IMG/VR virus record: IMGVR_UViG_3300044856_000241
Location: 128,001-192,000 of that record
DNA length: 64,000 nucleotides
Strand: one strand, 5' to 3'
Origin: a virus
Lineage: Duplodnaviria; Caudoviricetes
Both the position numbers and the translations under genes were made by a program. The notes beneath the pieces are model-generated. The model was not told where the DNA came from. It searched no databases and saw only the letters and a program-made list of their open reading frames with translations. Each line of letters begins with the position of its first letter. Position 1 is the first letter of the stretch. Positions 9,392 through 18,863 of the stretch are shown one piece after another.

Positions 9392-10504
9392 TTATTTTGC
9401 AATCTCTTCCGCAAGAATGTCATACACTTCTGCATTACTCTTTACTGGGAAGATTTTGCTTTCGTAGTACACTGCACCTTTACAGTTAGCCAACAGTTTT
9501 TCATTTACCTTTTCAATTCCAAAATTTGAATACAATTTCTTGATTGTCTGGAAGTTTCTCAAGATAAATGCACTCTTATCAGAACCAGACCAATGAAGCT
9601 TTTTCATCAGGCAAATGATATTCTCAAGCATTTCCCTGTTGTTTTCAGTCAATCTCATTATTGCTGAAGACGGTGTTACTTTGCCTACCGGATTATCAAG
9701 TAAATGATTTTCAGCAGAAATCTGGATATTGTACTTTTCAAACAATTCCTTAAAGTGTACATATTCCGGAACATTTGCCTTAATTCCTGCTCTGTACATA
9801 TCGTTTGCGGTCATATTCTTTTTACCTGATTTCTGACCTAAAAAGATTCGAGCTGCTTCAAGTTCATCACAGTCCAGAACTTCAACCAGAATTTTCATCT
9901 GTTCATCAGCAGGAAGCAACAGATTCATTTTGATAACTGCGATTACTCTGTGTGCTCCATCAGCTACAAACAGCATTTCGTTTACGACATACACTTTGAT
10001 CGGATCGAACTTCGCATTTTCAAAATTCTCTGCAATCTCCGTTGTCTTTGCATTGTCTGTATCTCTCTGCCAGTCCGGAATATTAATGTATGTCGGGTTA
10101 ATCTGGATGTATTTCTTTCCTGCAAATGAAAACATTGAATTAAATGCATTCTTAATTTCTGTTTTCATTTTCTGCTCGCTGTCTTTCCGTTTGCTTTCAA
10201 TCCATTTCTGTGTCAACTCCGGAGAAGTATAACGGATAAATCCATCTTTTCTACGCAATACTGATGTGAGTTTGCCTTCTGAATCCAGAAAATTGTAATC
10301 TGTTTCAAACATTTCAATCTCACCCTGTTTAATTTTCAAAATCATACAGATCTTTTTGAGATTTTCCGGAGATGGCTCATTCCGTTCCTGCTCATAGAAA
10401 CCAATCATCGTTTCAGAGATACCTGCTTTCTTTGCAAGCTGCGCCTGAGTTAATCCGTTCTCTTTTCTAATTTCTGCTAATTTCTTTCCATTGATTTTAC
10501 ACAT
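9392..10504 (-). CDS. XRE HTH fused to a ParB-like domain
   Basis: N-terminal IRKENGLTQAQLAKKAGIS HTH; WQRD...FDPIKV...VADGAHRV ParB-superfamily motif. Confidence 0.75.
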   Translation of the reverse strand: MCKINGKKLAEIRKENGLTQAQLAKKAGISETMIGFYEQERNEPSPENLKKICMILKIKQGEIEMFETDYNFLDSEGKLTSVLRRKDGFIRYTSPELTQKWIESKRKDSEQKMKTEIKNAFNSMFSFAGKKYIQINPTYINIPDWQRDTDNAKTTEIAENFENAKFDPIKVYVVNEMLFVADGAHRVIAVIKMNLLLPADEQMKILVEVLDCDELEAARIFLGQKSGKKNMTANDMYRAGIKANVPEYVHFKELFEKYNIQISAENHLLDNPVGKVTPSSAIMRLTENNREMLENIICLMKKLHWSGSDKSAFILRNFQTIKKLYSNFGIEKVNEKLLANCKGAVYYESKIFPVKSNAEVYDILAEEIAK

Positions 10505-10554
10505 AATTCATCTACCTACCTTTTCTTATTTCGTTTTTAGTTATTTTGTGTATC

Positions 10555-10585
10555 AAAAAAGCACCTATCATTTCTGATAGATGCT
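10555..10585 (-). terminator. intrinsic terminator
   Basis: 11-bp stem AGCATCTATCA/TGATAGGTGCT plus T run on - strand. Confidence 0.65.
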
Positions 10586-10682
10586 CTTGATTTGCCTATA
10601 GTTTACCCTCCACATAGCTATTCCCATGCAGAGTATTTCCGTTGTTTATTCATATATTTTAATACGCAATGTTATATTTAAA

Positions 10683-10973
10683 TTATTTCATTGGGACTAC
10701 TCTCAATGTTTTACCTAAAGAATTTAACACTTTTAAAACAGTTGATAACTGAGGATCAGTTGTTCCTTTTTCCATTCTGGAAATAACCGGCTGTTTTATT
10801 CCACTCATTTCTTCGAGTTGCTTTTGTGTAATACCACTCTCCTCTCTTGCCTTTATCATTTCGCTAATAATTGCTACACGTACATTACTTTCTTCAATTT
10901 CTTCCGGAGTAAACAATTCTTTTTCGAGTTCGTCCCAGGTTGTTCCCCTGGGACTGATTTTCTTTTTACTCAT
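10683..10973 (-). CDS. XRE HTH antitoxin (HigA-like)
   Basis: GITQKQLEEMSGIKQPVISRMEKG HTH; directly downstream of the RelE-like gene. Confidence 0.85.
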   Translation of the reverse strand: MSKKKISPRGTTWDELEKELFTPEEIEESNVRVAIISEMIKAREESGITQKQLEEMSGIKQPVISRMEKGTTDPQLSTVLKVLNSLGKTLRVVPMK

Positions 10974-11329
10974 TCCTTTGCCCTCCTTTTTATATAATCT
11001 TTCATTCGTTTTTCAGCCTTTTTGATTTCTCTTTTTGGCGTCTTTTGTGTTTCTTTTTGGAACTGGGACAAAAATACAATGTCATTACCATCATATGTAA
11101 AAAATAAGATTCTATCCCTTAACGGTCTCAACTCCCAGATATCATCCTCTAAATGTTTTACATACGGAACTCCTAACATTGTGCCATGAATCCTAAGCAG
11201 TTTAATATAATCCTGTATTTTTTGTAATTTTACAGCATTATCTTTCCCTTTCTTAGTTTTTAAAGAAACAAGATAATCCTTTACTGGTTCCTTGCCTCTT
11301 TTGTCTTGATAAAATACTATATTGAACAT
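10970..11329 (-). CDS. RelE/ParE (HigB/Gp49-like) toxin
   Basis: FYQDKRGKEPV...PYVKHL..DIWELRP..RILFF..FQKETQKTP; toxin-first order. Confidence 0.85.
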   Translation of the reverse strand: MFNIVFYQDKRGKEPVKDYLVSLKTKKGKDNAVKLQKIQDYIKLLRIHGTMLGVPYVKHLEDDIWELRPLRDRILFFTYDGNDIVFLSQFQKETQKTPKREIKKAEKRMKDYIKRRAKE

Positions 11330-11395
11330 TGCGTCTCTCCTTTCTTGATTACAATATAACTTAAATGCATATTTTTGTCAAGAAAAAGTTTTGCA

Positions 11396-11731
11396 TCACT
11401 TCAACCGCTTGTCAATTTCCATACGTTTACGTCTCCGTTTGCGTTGTCGACGCAGTTCTCTTCTATACTCTTTCCCCGCAAGCCGTCTATATTCATCTCT
11501 ATGATTATCCCATGCATCCCGAAACTCCGGATCAGATTCTCTGCGTTTCTGAATTTCTTCTTCTACATTTACCTTTACAAATGGCATTGTATCACTTCCT
11601 TTCCTGTTATTCTCAGCTATATAATATGTAGGTGCAGCCATACCTTTACGTTCCGTCAAAGGTACATTTTCCTTTTCAATCTCGATTGCCTGCGTCAGAC
11701 TACGCATTGTGTCATTGAAAAATTCACTCAT
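11396..11731 (-). CDS. hypothetical protein with basic C-terminus
   Basis: ORF-track frame; ATG at 11731 overlaps the upstream stop. Confidence 0.55.
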   Translation of the reverse strand: MSEFFNDTMRSLTQAIEIEKENVPLTERKGMAAPTYYIAENNRKGSDTMPFVKVNVEEEIQKRRESDPEFRDAWDNHRDEYRRLAGKEYRRELRRQRKRRRKRMEIDKRLK

Positions 11732-12050
11732 TTGCCTAACGCCCACCTCACAAATTCCTGATATCTTATATCATCTTTCGCTTTAAATTCGCTAATCAGA
11801 TGAAGTTCATTACAACATAAATCCCATAACCAGTCTTCAACTTCTGTGTTTCCGTCAGAATCATTGTACCAATCATCAATTAACAATTCAATCAACCGCT
11901 GGATGACTTCTGTAACAACTCCCTTTACCTTTGAATATTCGTAATCTGACCAGTAATCAAACGCATTACATGCAATTTCTTTCTGTGAAAAGTTCCCTTT
12001 CCAGTTTTCGTTTCCATACACAGCAATGTCATAGAAATCCGCATACTCCA
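11728..12050 (-). CDS. acidic hypothetical protein
   Basis: Start MEYADF after GAGGTG SD. Confidence 0.7.
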
Positions 12051-12055
12051 TTTGC

Positions 12056-12178
12056 CTACACCTCACTTCCATTTTCTAATAAGTATTCCCAGTATTCAGT
12101 TTCGCTTGGGAATAACATGTACTTTCCCTTTACATATCCCATGTACCCGTTTGGTACATCAAATCCCTTTTTAATCAT
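12056..12178 (-). CDS. small hypothetical protein (40 aa, not in ORF track)
   Basis: MIKKGFDVPNGYMGYVKGKYMLFPSETEYWEY; GGAGGTG SD. Confidence 0.7.
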   Translation of the reverse strand: MIKKGFDVPNGYMGYVKGKYMLFPSETEYWEYLLENGSEV

Positions 12179-12440
12179 CCAGTAACACCTCCCTTGACAC
12201 CAGACCAACTCCACCAGCTAATAGGAAGAATACTCCGACTGTTGCTAAGTGACACAGGAAGAACACCAGACCAACTGCAATGATTGCCATTGCAATTCTA
12301 CGCTGTTTCCGTAACTTTGCCTGACGTTTTGCTTTCCGTTTTGGCACATTCGGATTGATCACATGCAGTTTTCTTTCTGGTGAAATCACTTCAATCTGTT
12401 TTGCGTTGTTACCGTTTACTGTTGCATTTGCGTTTTCCAT
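12171..12440 (-). CDS. small membrane protein
   Basis: Basic stretch followed by two hydrophobic segments. Confidence 0.7.
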   Translation of the reverse strand: MENANATVNGNNAKQIEVISPERKLHVINPNVPKRKAKRQAKLRKQRRIAMAIIAVGLVFFLCHLATVGVFFLLAGGVGLVSREVLLDD

Positions 12441-12476
12441 TGCTTTATCCTCTCTTTCTTTTACATTTGCCTATAT

Positions 12477-12809
12477 TTATCTATTCTCTTCGATTGTGTA
12501 CACATTTCCATCTTTTGTGATGATCTCATTTCCGTTTGCGGATTCGATTTCATCAAAACTCACATACTGTTTGCGTTCTGCCGGATAGATACTTTCGCTT
12601 TTATAAGCATAGATTTCCGTTCCGTCAGACAAAAACATTGCTAGTTCCGAACCATCTGTGTTCCAATCTGTGATTGTCAGATTGGATTTGCAGTAATTGT
12701 CTGCCCAGTTTGCGTTGTTTCTGCCAATTAAAAAAGCACCCATTACGAGTGCTACTGTTACGATGCCGTATAAGATTTTCTTTTTCATTTTGTGTTCCCT
12801 TTCTAACAT
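12477..12809 (-). CDS. secreted or membrane-anchored protein
   Basis: MKKKILYGIVTVALVMGAFLIG signal/TM segment; true start probably 12788. Confidence 0.7.
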   Translation of the reverse strand: MLEREHKMKKKILYGIVTVALVMGAFLIGRNNANWADNYCKSNLTITDWNTDGSELAMFLSDGTEIYAYKSESIYPAERKQYVSFDEIESANGNEIITKDGNVYTIEENR

Positions 12810-12997
12810 GCTATAAACTCTAAACTACAAAGACATTCATTTGTCTTTCGCATTTCTAATGCCTTTTCCAGTGCATAACGGTAACATTCATTCCCAGTAT
12901 TGAAAAAGTTATCACCGTCAAATTCTATTTTACGTTTTACGGACTTGATGGAACTATTGCAGTCCATATTTTCATATCTCGCTTCAAATAGCCACAT
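12803..12997 (-). CDS. hypothetical protein
   Basis: GGAGG SD. Confidence 0.65.
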   Translation of the reverse strand: MWLFEARYENMDCNSSIKSVKRKIEFDGDNFFNTGNECYRYALEKALEMRKTNECLCSLEFIAC

Positions 12998-13062
12998 TAC
13001 TTTGCGTTTCCCTCCTGTTATATTTACCTTTCTATGTCGTTTCTAGTTTATTTGCCTAAAAT

Positions 13063-13281
13063 TTAGGCAAAAGTTAAAGTTCCTTCCAACTGGTTTCCGT
13101 TCCATAGTGAAACAATCTCCGGTCGATTCCGTAATAACCAAATGATACAACGCAGTCCACCTGTTGCGATTGGTCTGCCTTCAGATGTAAAAATCGCAGT
13201 GCGATCATTGTGATCTGGGCGCATTGTGTATGTCTGGTTTGCGTTGTTGCGGGTTGTGAATGTGAAGTATTCTCTTTTCAT
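13063..13281 (-). CDS. hypothetical protein
   Basis: AAAGGA SD. Confidence 0.6.
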   Translation of the reverse strand: MKREYFTFTTRNNANQTYTMRPDHNDRTAIFTSEGRPIATGGLRCIIWLLRNRPEIVSLWNGNQLEGTLTFA

Positions 13282-13476
13282 GACGCATTTTTCCTTTCTG
13301 TTTGATTTGCGTTTAATACAGTGAATTTATCATTTTGAGATATTTCGCGATCTCTTTTCTGCATTTATCAACTTCTTCCAGATCTAATAATGATATTGTT
13401 TGCATTAGGTATAATCTCCCTTCTTTTTATAGAATATTCTCTGCGTTATTGCGAAAACTATTCTGTTTTTGGGTAT

Positions 13477-13507
13477 AAAAATAGCACCTACTGTTTGTAG
13501 ATGCTAT
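13477..13507 (-). terminator. intrinsic terminator (same GGTGCT stem family as 10555 and 13770)
   Basis: Stem ATAGCATCTAC/GTAGGTGCTAT plus T run. Confidence 0.65.
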
Positions 13508-13517
13508 GGTTTACATT

Positions 13518-13727
13518 TTATTCTGCCAGTTCAAAAGTTCCTTCTTGATCTGCGTTTGCAATCCAGCGGTCAAAGTCCACCTGAGTTACCTTTTGTCCGG
13601 ACGCTGTATGTCCGCCAACTGTAACGCTACCCCAATCACCTGTATTTCTAGCGATTGTGTACATAGTTGCGTTTTTGAATAAGTAGATGAAGTTGTCATC
13701 TGCATAGTATTTGCCTGTGATTTTCAT
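13518..13727 (-). CDS. hypothetical protein
   Basis: AAGGAG SD; flanked by terminators. Confidence 0.7.
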   Translation of the reverse strand: MKITGKYYADDNFIYLFKNATMYTIARNTGDWGSVTVGGHTASGQKVTQVDFDRWIANADQEGTFELAE

Positions 13728-13769
13728 AGTTTCTCTTCTCCTTTTTCTGTTTTTTTCTTTGTGAAATTT

Positions 13770-13804
13770 AAAAATAGCACCCTACTTTGCGTTGGGTGCT
13801 ATTT
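13770..13804 (-). terminator. intrinsic terminator after the XRE gene
   Basis: Stem AAATAGCACCC/GGGTGCTATTT plus T run. Confidence 0.65.
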
Positions 13805-13808
13805 ATGG

Positions 13809-14072
13809 TTACATGTTATTTAGTTTTTTTTGTAATGCATCAATTTGCGCTTGAATTTTTGCACGTTCTTCTTCCTTTTCATCTACCCACTCCATTATAT
13901 CTCCAGGCTGAACGTTTAAATATTCGCACACTTTATCCAAAGTGTCAGTTGACACATTTTTATTTTGTGAAAATTTTTGTGGTGTATTTACTGAAATACC
14001 AGCTTCGCACAAATCCTTCCAATTCATATTGCGCTCTTTTAGAAGGTTCGCGAGTTTATAATATACAATCAT
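13809..14072 (-). CDS. Cro/CI-type XRE transcriptional regulator
   Basis: YYKLANLLKER...VSTDTLDKVCEYLNVQPGDIMEWV; own promoter and terminator. Confidence 0.85.
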   Translation of the reverse strand: MIVYYKLANLLKERNMNWKDLCEAGISVNTPQKFSQNKNVSTDTLDKVCEYLNVQPGDIMEWVDEKEEERAKIQAQIDALQKKLNNM

Positions 14073-14099
14073 CCAGTTATCGCCTCCTCTTTTTTTATA

Positions 14100-14128
14100 A
14101 ATCTATCACATTAATTTGTGATTGTCAA
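14100..14128 (-). promoter_or_regulatory. SigA promoter containing an ATCACA-N6-TGTGAT operator
   Basis: TTGACA-17-TAGATT with TG extension; perfect half-sites at 14105-14122. Confidence 0.75.
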
Positions 14129-14178
14129 TTAGTACATACTACAAAAGGGCGGATTAATCCGCCCCTAAATACTGTGTA

Positions 14179-14340
14179 CTAATCCTGTAATGATGCATTA
14201 ATCCGTGTGATGTTATCCTGAAATTTTTTCTTAAGCTTTTCATGCTCGCCATTCTCAAGAAGTTCCAGATAGTCCTCATACATCATTAACTCTTTTCTAA
14301 GATCATCCTTGAACTGGATATCAGTTGGCATATGTTCCAT
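14179..14340 (-). CDS. small hypothetical protein (53 aa, not in ORF track)
   Basis: MEHMPTDIQFKDDLRKEL...INASLQD; GGCGGTGG SD. Confidence 0.6.
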   Translation of the reverse strand: MEHMPTDIQFKDDLRKELMMYEDYLELLENGEHEKLKKKFQDNITRINASLQD

Positions 14341-14398
14341 CCTTCCCACCGCCTTTTTTATTTAATTATAGCGGATTTATTGCGTGTTTACAAGTTAC

Positions 14399-14989
14399 TT
14401 ATTTAATATACATATCACAGAAAACAGCCATGAACAATTTATTAAATGCCTGTTTGCTGATTGATGTATGCATAACACCATCGTTTACAATCTTTTTACT
14501 GGTAGCGTATCTTGCACCAAACATGTCAGACATATTCTCTGCAAGTTTGCTAATCTGACCCTGTGTGCAATCTTCAATACCAAGATTTTCTAAGAACAGT
14601 TTAATAGCTGTGAGAAAATCTCCGCGTTTATGCTCGTCAATCTTTTTAACGTATGCGGTGTGCATAGTTTCTGGCACAAACGCATAAGTATCTTTCATGC
14701 TTTTATTGAATGGCTCAACAATAGCCTTGTGCTGTGCTTCACATTTACGGATGGCATTGTCAATTTCTGTGCGTGGGAATTTCTGTGCTACTTCATCGAC
14801 AGACATACCCTGTTTAATGTCGTTGTCTCGGTTCGCAAGGATAGACTCTAACTGAGCCTTTAGTGGTTTTAATTCTGCTTTAAATCGCAAATCCTCTTTT
14901 GCGATTTCAAGTGCGGACTCTTTGAAAATCCGTAACTGCTCTTTTGCTGTTTCGCTAATTTTTGTGAAATTAATCTGATTTCTTGCCAT
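14399..14989 (-). CDS. conserved phage protein, first gene of the leftward arm
   Basis: AGGAG SD; 196-aa helical ORF. Confidence 0.8.
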   Translation of the reverse strand: MARNQINFTKISETAKEQLRIFKESALEIAKEDLRFKAELKPLKAQLESILANRDNDIKQGMSVDEVAQKFPRTEIDNAIRKCEAQHKAIVEPFNKSMKDTYAFVPETMHTAYVKKIDEHKRGDFLTAIKLFLENLGIEDCTQGQISKLAENMSDMFGARYATSKKIVNDGVMHTSISKQAFNKLFMAVFCDMYIK

Positions 14990-15522
14990 AATATGCTCCT
15001 GTTCTCTGCATCTTTTAAATTTTGCGGGAATTTATGCAGTCCGCTTTTATTTTTTATTTTTTTGTTATTAGTGTTATACACACTATAAAGGACTAGAAAT
15101 CGTTTTTAGATAGACTTCTAGCCCTCAAACTATGTATAACTTTTAGATCTGAATAAACTACACCTGTAATTTCACCTCCTTGTTGGGTATTTATCCAGTT
15201 TTTAAGTCTGTGAAGGATTCCCACCTTTGCACTAGCCTGTCGCACTCTGTCACCTATCATGTCAATCATTGTTTGCAGTAGTTTCTTTGCAGACTTTCTG
15301 CGTATAACTGACCCTGAATTGCTTACTACTATTACCATAGTTCGCATTGAGCTTTGACCGTAGACCCATTGTTTCCAATGTCCGACGTCACCGCCGTACT
15401 CTTTCGAGATTTATAGTTTTCTGACAAAACTATCAAAATATTCAGTTGTCAATGTGCTAACTGCAAATGCGTGGGTGCAATACCCGACATCCTAATAAAA
15501 GTGTTATGCAGTTCAAAAAATG

Positions 15523-15624
15523 TGGACTTTTTCACTGAATTGTGATAGAATAAAGACTGGAAGGTACTTTATTCTATAAAGTCCTCGTTGTGTGGGTGTT
15601 GGTAGCACCTGCACAACTTTTTTT
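15523..15624 (+). ncRNA. candidate ~70-nt antisense sRNA with own promoter and terminator
   Basis: TGGACT-17-TAGAAT at 15523-15551; GTTGTGTGGGTG-TTGGTAG-CACCTGCACAAC hairpin plus T run. Confidence 0.5.
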
Positions 15625-15633
15625 GTTGTGATA

Positions 15634-15662
15634 ACTATATCACACTATCTTGTGGTTGTCAA
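15634..15662 (-). promoter_or_regulatory. SigA promoter/operator for the leftward arm
   Basis: TTGACA-17-TATAGT with TG extension; ATCACA-N6-TGTGGT at 15639-15656. Confidence 0.75.
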
Positions 15663-15762
15663 CACTTTTTTGTGATTGTTTTGAACTTCCAGACCTAACA
15701 AAGAGGCTCGTTTTACAGGTTATTCAAATCACTATTTTGTTGTCGTCCTTTTGACGTGTTTT

Positions 15763-15791
15763 ATATTATCACACTATTATTGTATTGTCAA
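15763..15791 (-). promoter_or_regulatory. second SigA promoter/operator for the leftward arm
   Basis: TTGACA-17-TAATAT with TG extension; ATCACA half-site at 15768-15773. Confidence 0.7.
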
Positions 15792-15936
15792 CATAAAATT
15801 GTTATTTTTTACGATATTCTTTTGTGCTATCCTATATATAACAAAAATACCACTTCCAGAAAGTATTTTCTAACTATAATTCAGTCTACTAAACAATAGT
15901 TGTATTTCACTAACAGTTTTCCGGCTCTGAATAAAT

Positions 15937-15988
15937 CGAACACATGTTTGTATCTTGTATTGTACTACTATTAGCGAACGTATGTTCG
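15937..15988. promoter_or_regulatory. two LexA (Firmicutes SOS/Cheo) boxes
   Basis: CGAACACATGTTTG (15937-15950) and perfect CGAACGTATGTTCG (15975-15988); consensus CGAAC-N4-GTTCG. Confidence 0.75.
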
Positions 15989-16461
15989 GTAGGGGCACTT
16001 AAAACTAAAAATATCATTTTATTTTTTCAAAAACGCTAAAGCTGATTCACCTACACACACACTCCAATTTAAAACCACCCACAAAAATACCCTCTCACCT
16101 CTCCATCCCCTCAATCCCAGTCCACACCTACCTTTCACCCAAATTACACTCTTCTAACCACTTATCGTACCCTTTATCGTAAATCTCCAGTAAATTCCTA
16201 CTTTCCACTCCTCTCACGCCCAAAAAATTTCCACCCTCTCACACTAATTTCCAGTAACCAAAATACCACTTCTTCCTTATATAATAAGGCTTTTTCACGA
16301 TTCCACATTTTTGATCAAAAATCATAAAAATTTATCCCAATATCCTCACTCTCTCATCTCCAAATTCCAAATCATAAAACTCATCACTCCAGCAAGAGAA
16401 TATATAAGGTAGAAAATAATAAAACATCAACTACAAAACAATCACAAAGGAGAACAAAAAC

Positions 16462-16650
16462 ATGGCAAAATTATCAATTATACCACAGCAATTTTCATTC
16501 AACACACCGACTATTACAGATGCAAAAGGAGACACCATCCGACCAGGATTAGACGTAACAATACGTGTAGATGTTTATAAAGCAGATAAAGAGCAATTAA
16601 AAAAGGACTTAGCAGCTATTTTTGCTGAAGTCCTTGAATACTTTGATTAA
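16462..16650 (+). CDS. hypothetical protein, first gene of the rightward arm
   Basis: AAAGGAG SD. Confidence 0.65.
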   Translation: MAKLSIIPQQFSFNTPTITDAKGDTIRPGLDVTIRVDVYKADKEQLKKDLAAIFAEVLEYFD

Positions 16651-17164
16651 TTTTATTTAATATTTTAACTGGATCTATTCCGTTGTTTTCTGTTTCTATT
16701 TGTCCTTCTATAAACTTATAATTTATATGACAAATTTTTTTAATAACTTTACCCATTGCCCTGTATGTTATAGCAACATCAAATTTTTCTAATGGTACAC
16801 TTTCCATAGATAATTTACAAAATACATTGGTATATGATTGTCCTGGTGCAATAGATAAATCAGAATAATAATCAAATGGATTATTTATAATGTCATCTTT
16901 TGGAATTGGTGGATTAATTTGTATCTCCATAATAGTAGCTGATGTGTTCCCAAAATTTTGAATTTTAATTCTTGGAACAGGATCACCATAAAATTTAAAA
17001 GGAAATACTTCTATTTGAGCCATATTACTTTCTTTTATTATTTTCGAATTCTGCCGTAACGAAACAACCGAAATAATGATTGAAATAATACCTGTTGTTA
17101 ATGCTACAATAATTCCAATAATTTGAATTATATCCGATGTACTAAGTTTCATAACTACCTCCAA
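16616..17164 (-). CDS. membrane-anchored moron-like protein
   Basis: N-terminal TM helix IIQIIGIIVALTTGIISIIISVVSL; AT-rich, opposite strand; true start probably 17152. Confidence 0.7.
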   Translation of the reverse strand: MEVVMKLSTSDIIQIIGIIVALTTGIISIIISVVSLRQNSKIIKESNMAQIEVFPFKFYGDPVPRIKIQNFGNTSATIMEIQINPPIPKDDIINNPFDYYSDLSIAPGQSYTNVFCKLSMESVPLEKFDVAITYRAMGKVIKKICHINYKFIEGQIETENNGIDPVKILNKINQSIQGLQQK

Positions 17165-17672
17165 GTATTTTTATAATTATTTTAACACATTATTTACCAT
17201 TTTTTGTACTTAATTTATCATAGAAATAAAATAATCAAATCAAATAAACCACCTCATAAAAGACATCCATAATCACATGGGTGTCTTTTTTATTCTATAT
17301 TCTTACCTTCCACACCATCTCCAAAATCAATCATTTACAAAAAACACCATTCCAGAGAGTAAATCAAGTTCATAATCTCTTACCCTACCAACTTATCCTC
17401 TGATCAATAAAAATTGAAATTTGCTCTCTCAACTCATTTAAACTCTCCAAACAGCACTTTTAAAATTATCTCCACTCCGTATCCTGAAACAAAACTTTCT
17501 TATCCGGTGCTACCGGATAAATAAATAACCTATTACAACCAACAGGTAGATAGATTGGGGGCTACTTTTAAACTTCACACAAATCCATGGAGAATACTAA
17601 TGTAGGAACCAGTATATACGACAAAATATTTTTACGGCAATAAATTACTCTTGCTGCCAGAAGGAGGAAATC

Positions 17673-17903
17673 ATGAACAAACCAGAACATGCACACTGGG
17701 AACCTGTACATTTAACTAGATCTATGTCGCCTAGAACAAAACGTGAATTTAACAACACCCGCCTCGATGAATTGAATGAGTTAAATAAAATCCCTGACCA
17801 ATTAGCAAAGAAAGCTATAGATAGAATGGATTGGCATATATATTGTTACCTATGTGCTAATTTGTTCAACCAAAGATTATATTACAAAGGAGACAATGAA
17901 TAA
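17673..17903 (+). CDS. hypothetical protein
   Basis: AAGGAGG SD. Confidence 0.7.
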   Translation: MNKPEHAHWEPVHLTRSMSPRTKREFNNTRLDELNELNKIPDQLAKKAIDRMDWHIYCYLCANLFNQRLYYKGDNE

Positions 17904-18361
17904 TGTTATTCAGAAAGAAAAACAAAAACACTAACTTACAAAATATACCAACACAGAATAATGTATTCATTTTTATCTACAAAGGAATCGGAGAAGATCT
18001 AATGGAGACTGACACGATCGTAGCAAAATATGAACATGAGGCTATTGAGCAATTTAAAACCAAACATCCGAATAATGAATTATTTGCATACAAATATGAT
18101 TTTGTTGATCCGGATACCGGTAATATATATACATTCAGAAAAAATTGGGAATATGCAGAATATTTGTATCGAATATACGGATCAAAAACTATTAAATCCA
18201 TCAAGCAAACTGTAGATAAGAAGCAACATGAATCAGACTCAGATATCAATCTTAAACCACTCTATTATAAAGAGAATGGTGATTACCACAAGACAGGATT
18301 ATATGTTGACCCGTCTAAATTACATGAACTGTTTTCTAATCTTACAAAAGAGACAGACTGA
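17903..18361 (+). CDS. hypothetical protein
   Basis: Coupled to the upstream stop (TAATG). Confidence 0.7.
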   Translation: MLFRKKNKNTNLQNIPTQNNVFIFIYKGIGEDLMETDTIVAKYEHEAIEQFKTKHPNNELFAYKYDFVDPDTGNIYTFRKNWEYAEYLYRIYGSKTIKSIKQTVDKKQHESDSDINLKPLYYKENGDYHKTGLYVDPSKLHELFSNLTKETD

Positions 18362-18589
18362 GCCAAAATCTAAATATGTTATCTAGGGATTTATTTTAAG
18401 AAAATGATACCAAATCCTCTTTAGAATGAATTAGATGGTAACTTATTCACCTAAGAATAAAAAATCCATTATTGGTCTGTGGATGTAATTTTAATGAAGT
18501 ATATATGAGGAGAGATTTTTAACGTATGTAATAAAAACATTTTTTAGAACTGTTTTATTCTGAGAGAATAATTATAATATGATACACGC

Positions 18590-18790
18590 TACTTTGAGAT
18601 GAATCAAAATTGAGATGAATAAATAAAACAAAAAAAAAGAAAAGTAACACTCTGAAAGGAGTGTTATTAAACTCATTGTAATTGAATTATCATAGTAATT
18701 GAATTATCTATAAAAAGTGACAGATTTTTGTCACTTTTTTCCGTCACACTCTAGGATAGCGTGACAAAAACTTGTCACTTTTTACATAAT
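18590..18790. repeat. iteron/palindrome cluster, candidate replication origin
   Basis: GTAATTGAATTATC twice (18678, 18695); GTGACA-N6-TGTCAC twice (18717, 18761); TTGAGATGAAT twice; AT-rich flank. Confidence 0.55.
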
Positions 18791-18863
18791 GGTGTTTTTA
18801 TCTCCTTATATTATCTGGTCAAAATCTATCTGTACCTAAAGAGAATATAAAAAATGGAAGGAA

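Noticed and set aside
748-14851. Plus-strand ORFs in the leftward arm (e.g. 3966-4427, 4874-5497, 13787-14182)
   Set aside because: Antisense shadows of tightly packed minus-strand genes, without SD sequences and with atypical composition
15093-15347. 84-aa minus-strand ORF in the long leader
   Set aside because: No SD and no recognisable motif; the region looks like a structured non-coding leader
16040-16400. Possible CRISPR or tandem-repeat array in the C-rich tract
   Set aside because: No repeat of constant length or spacing; I found no CRISPR array or cas gene anywhere in the window
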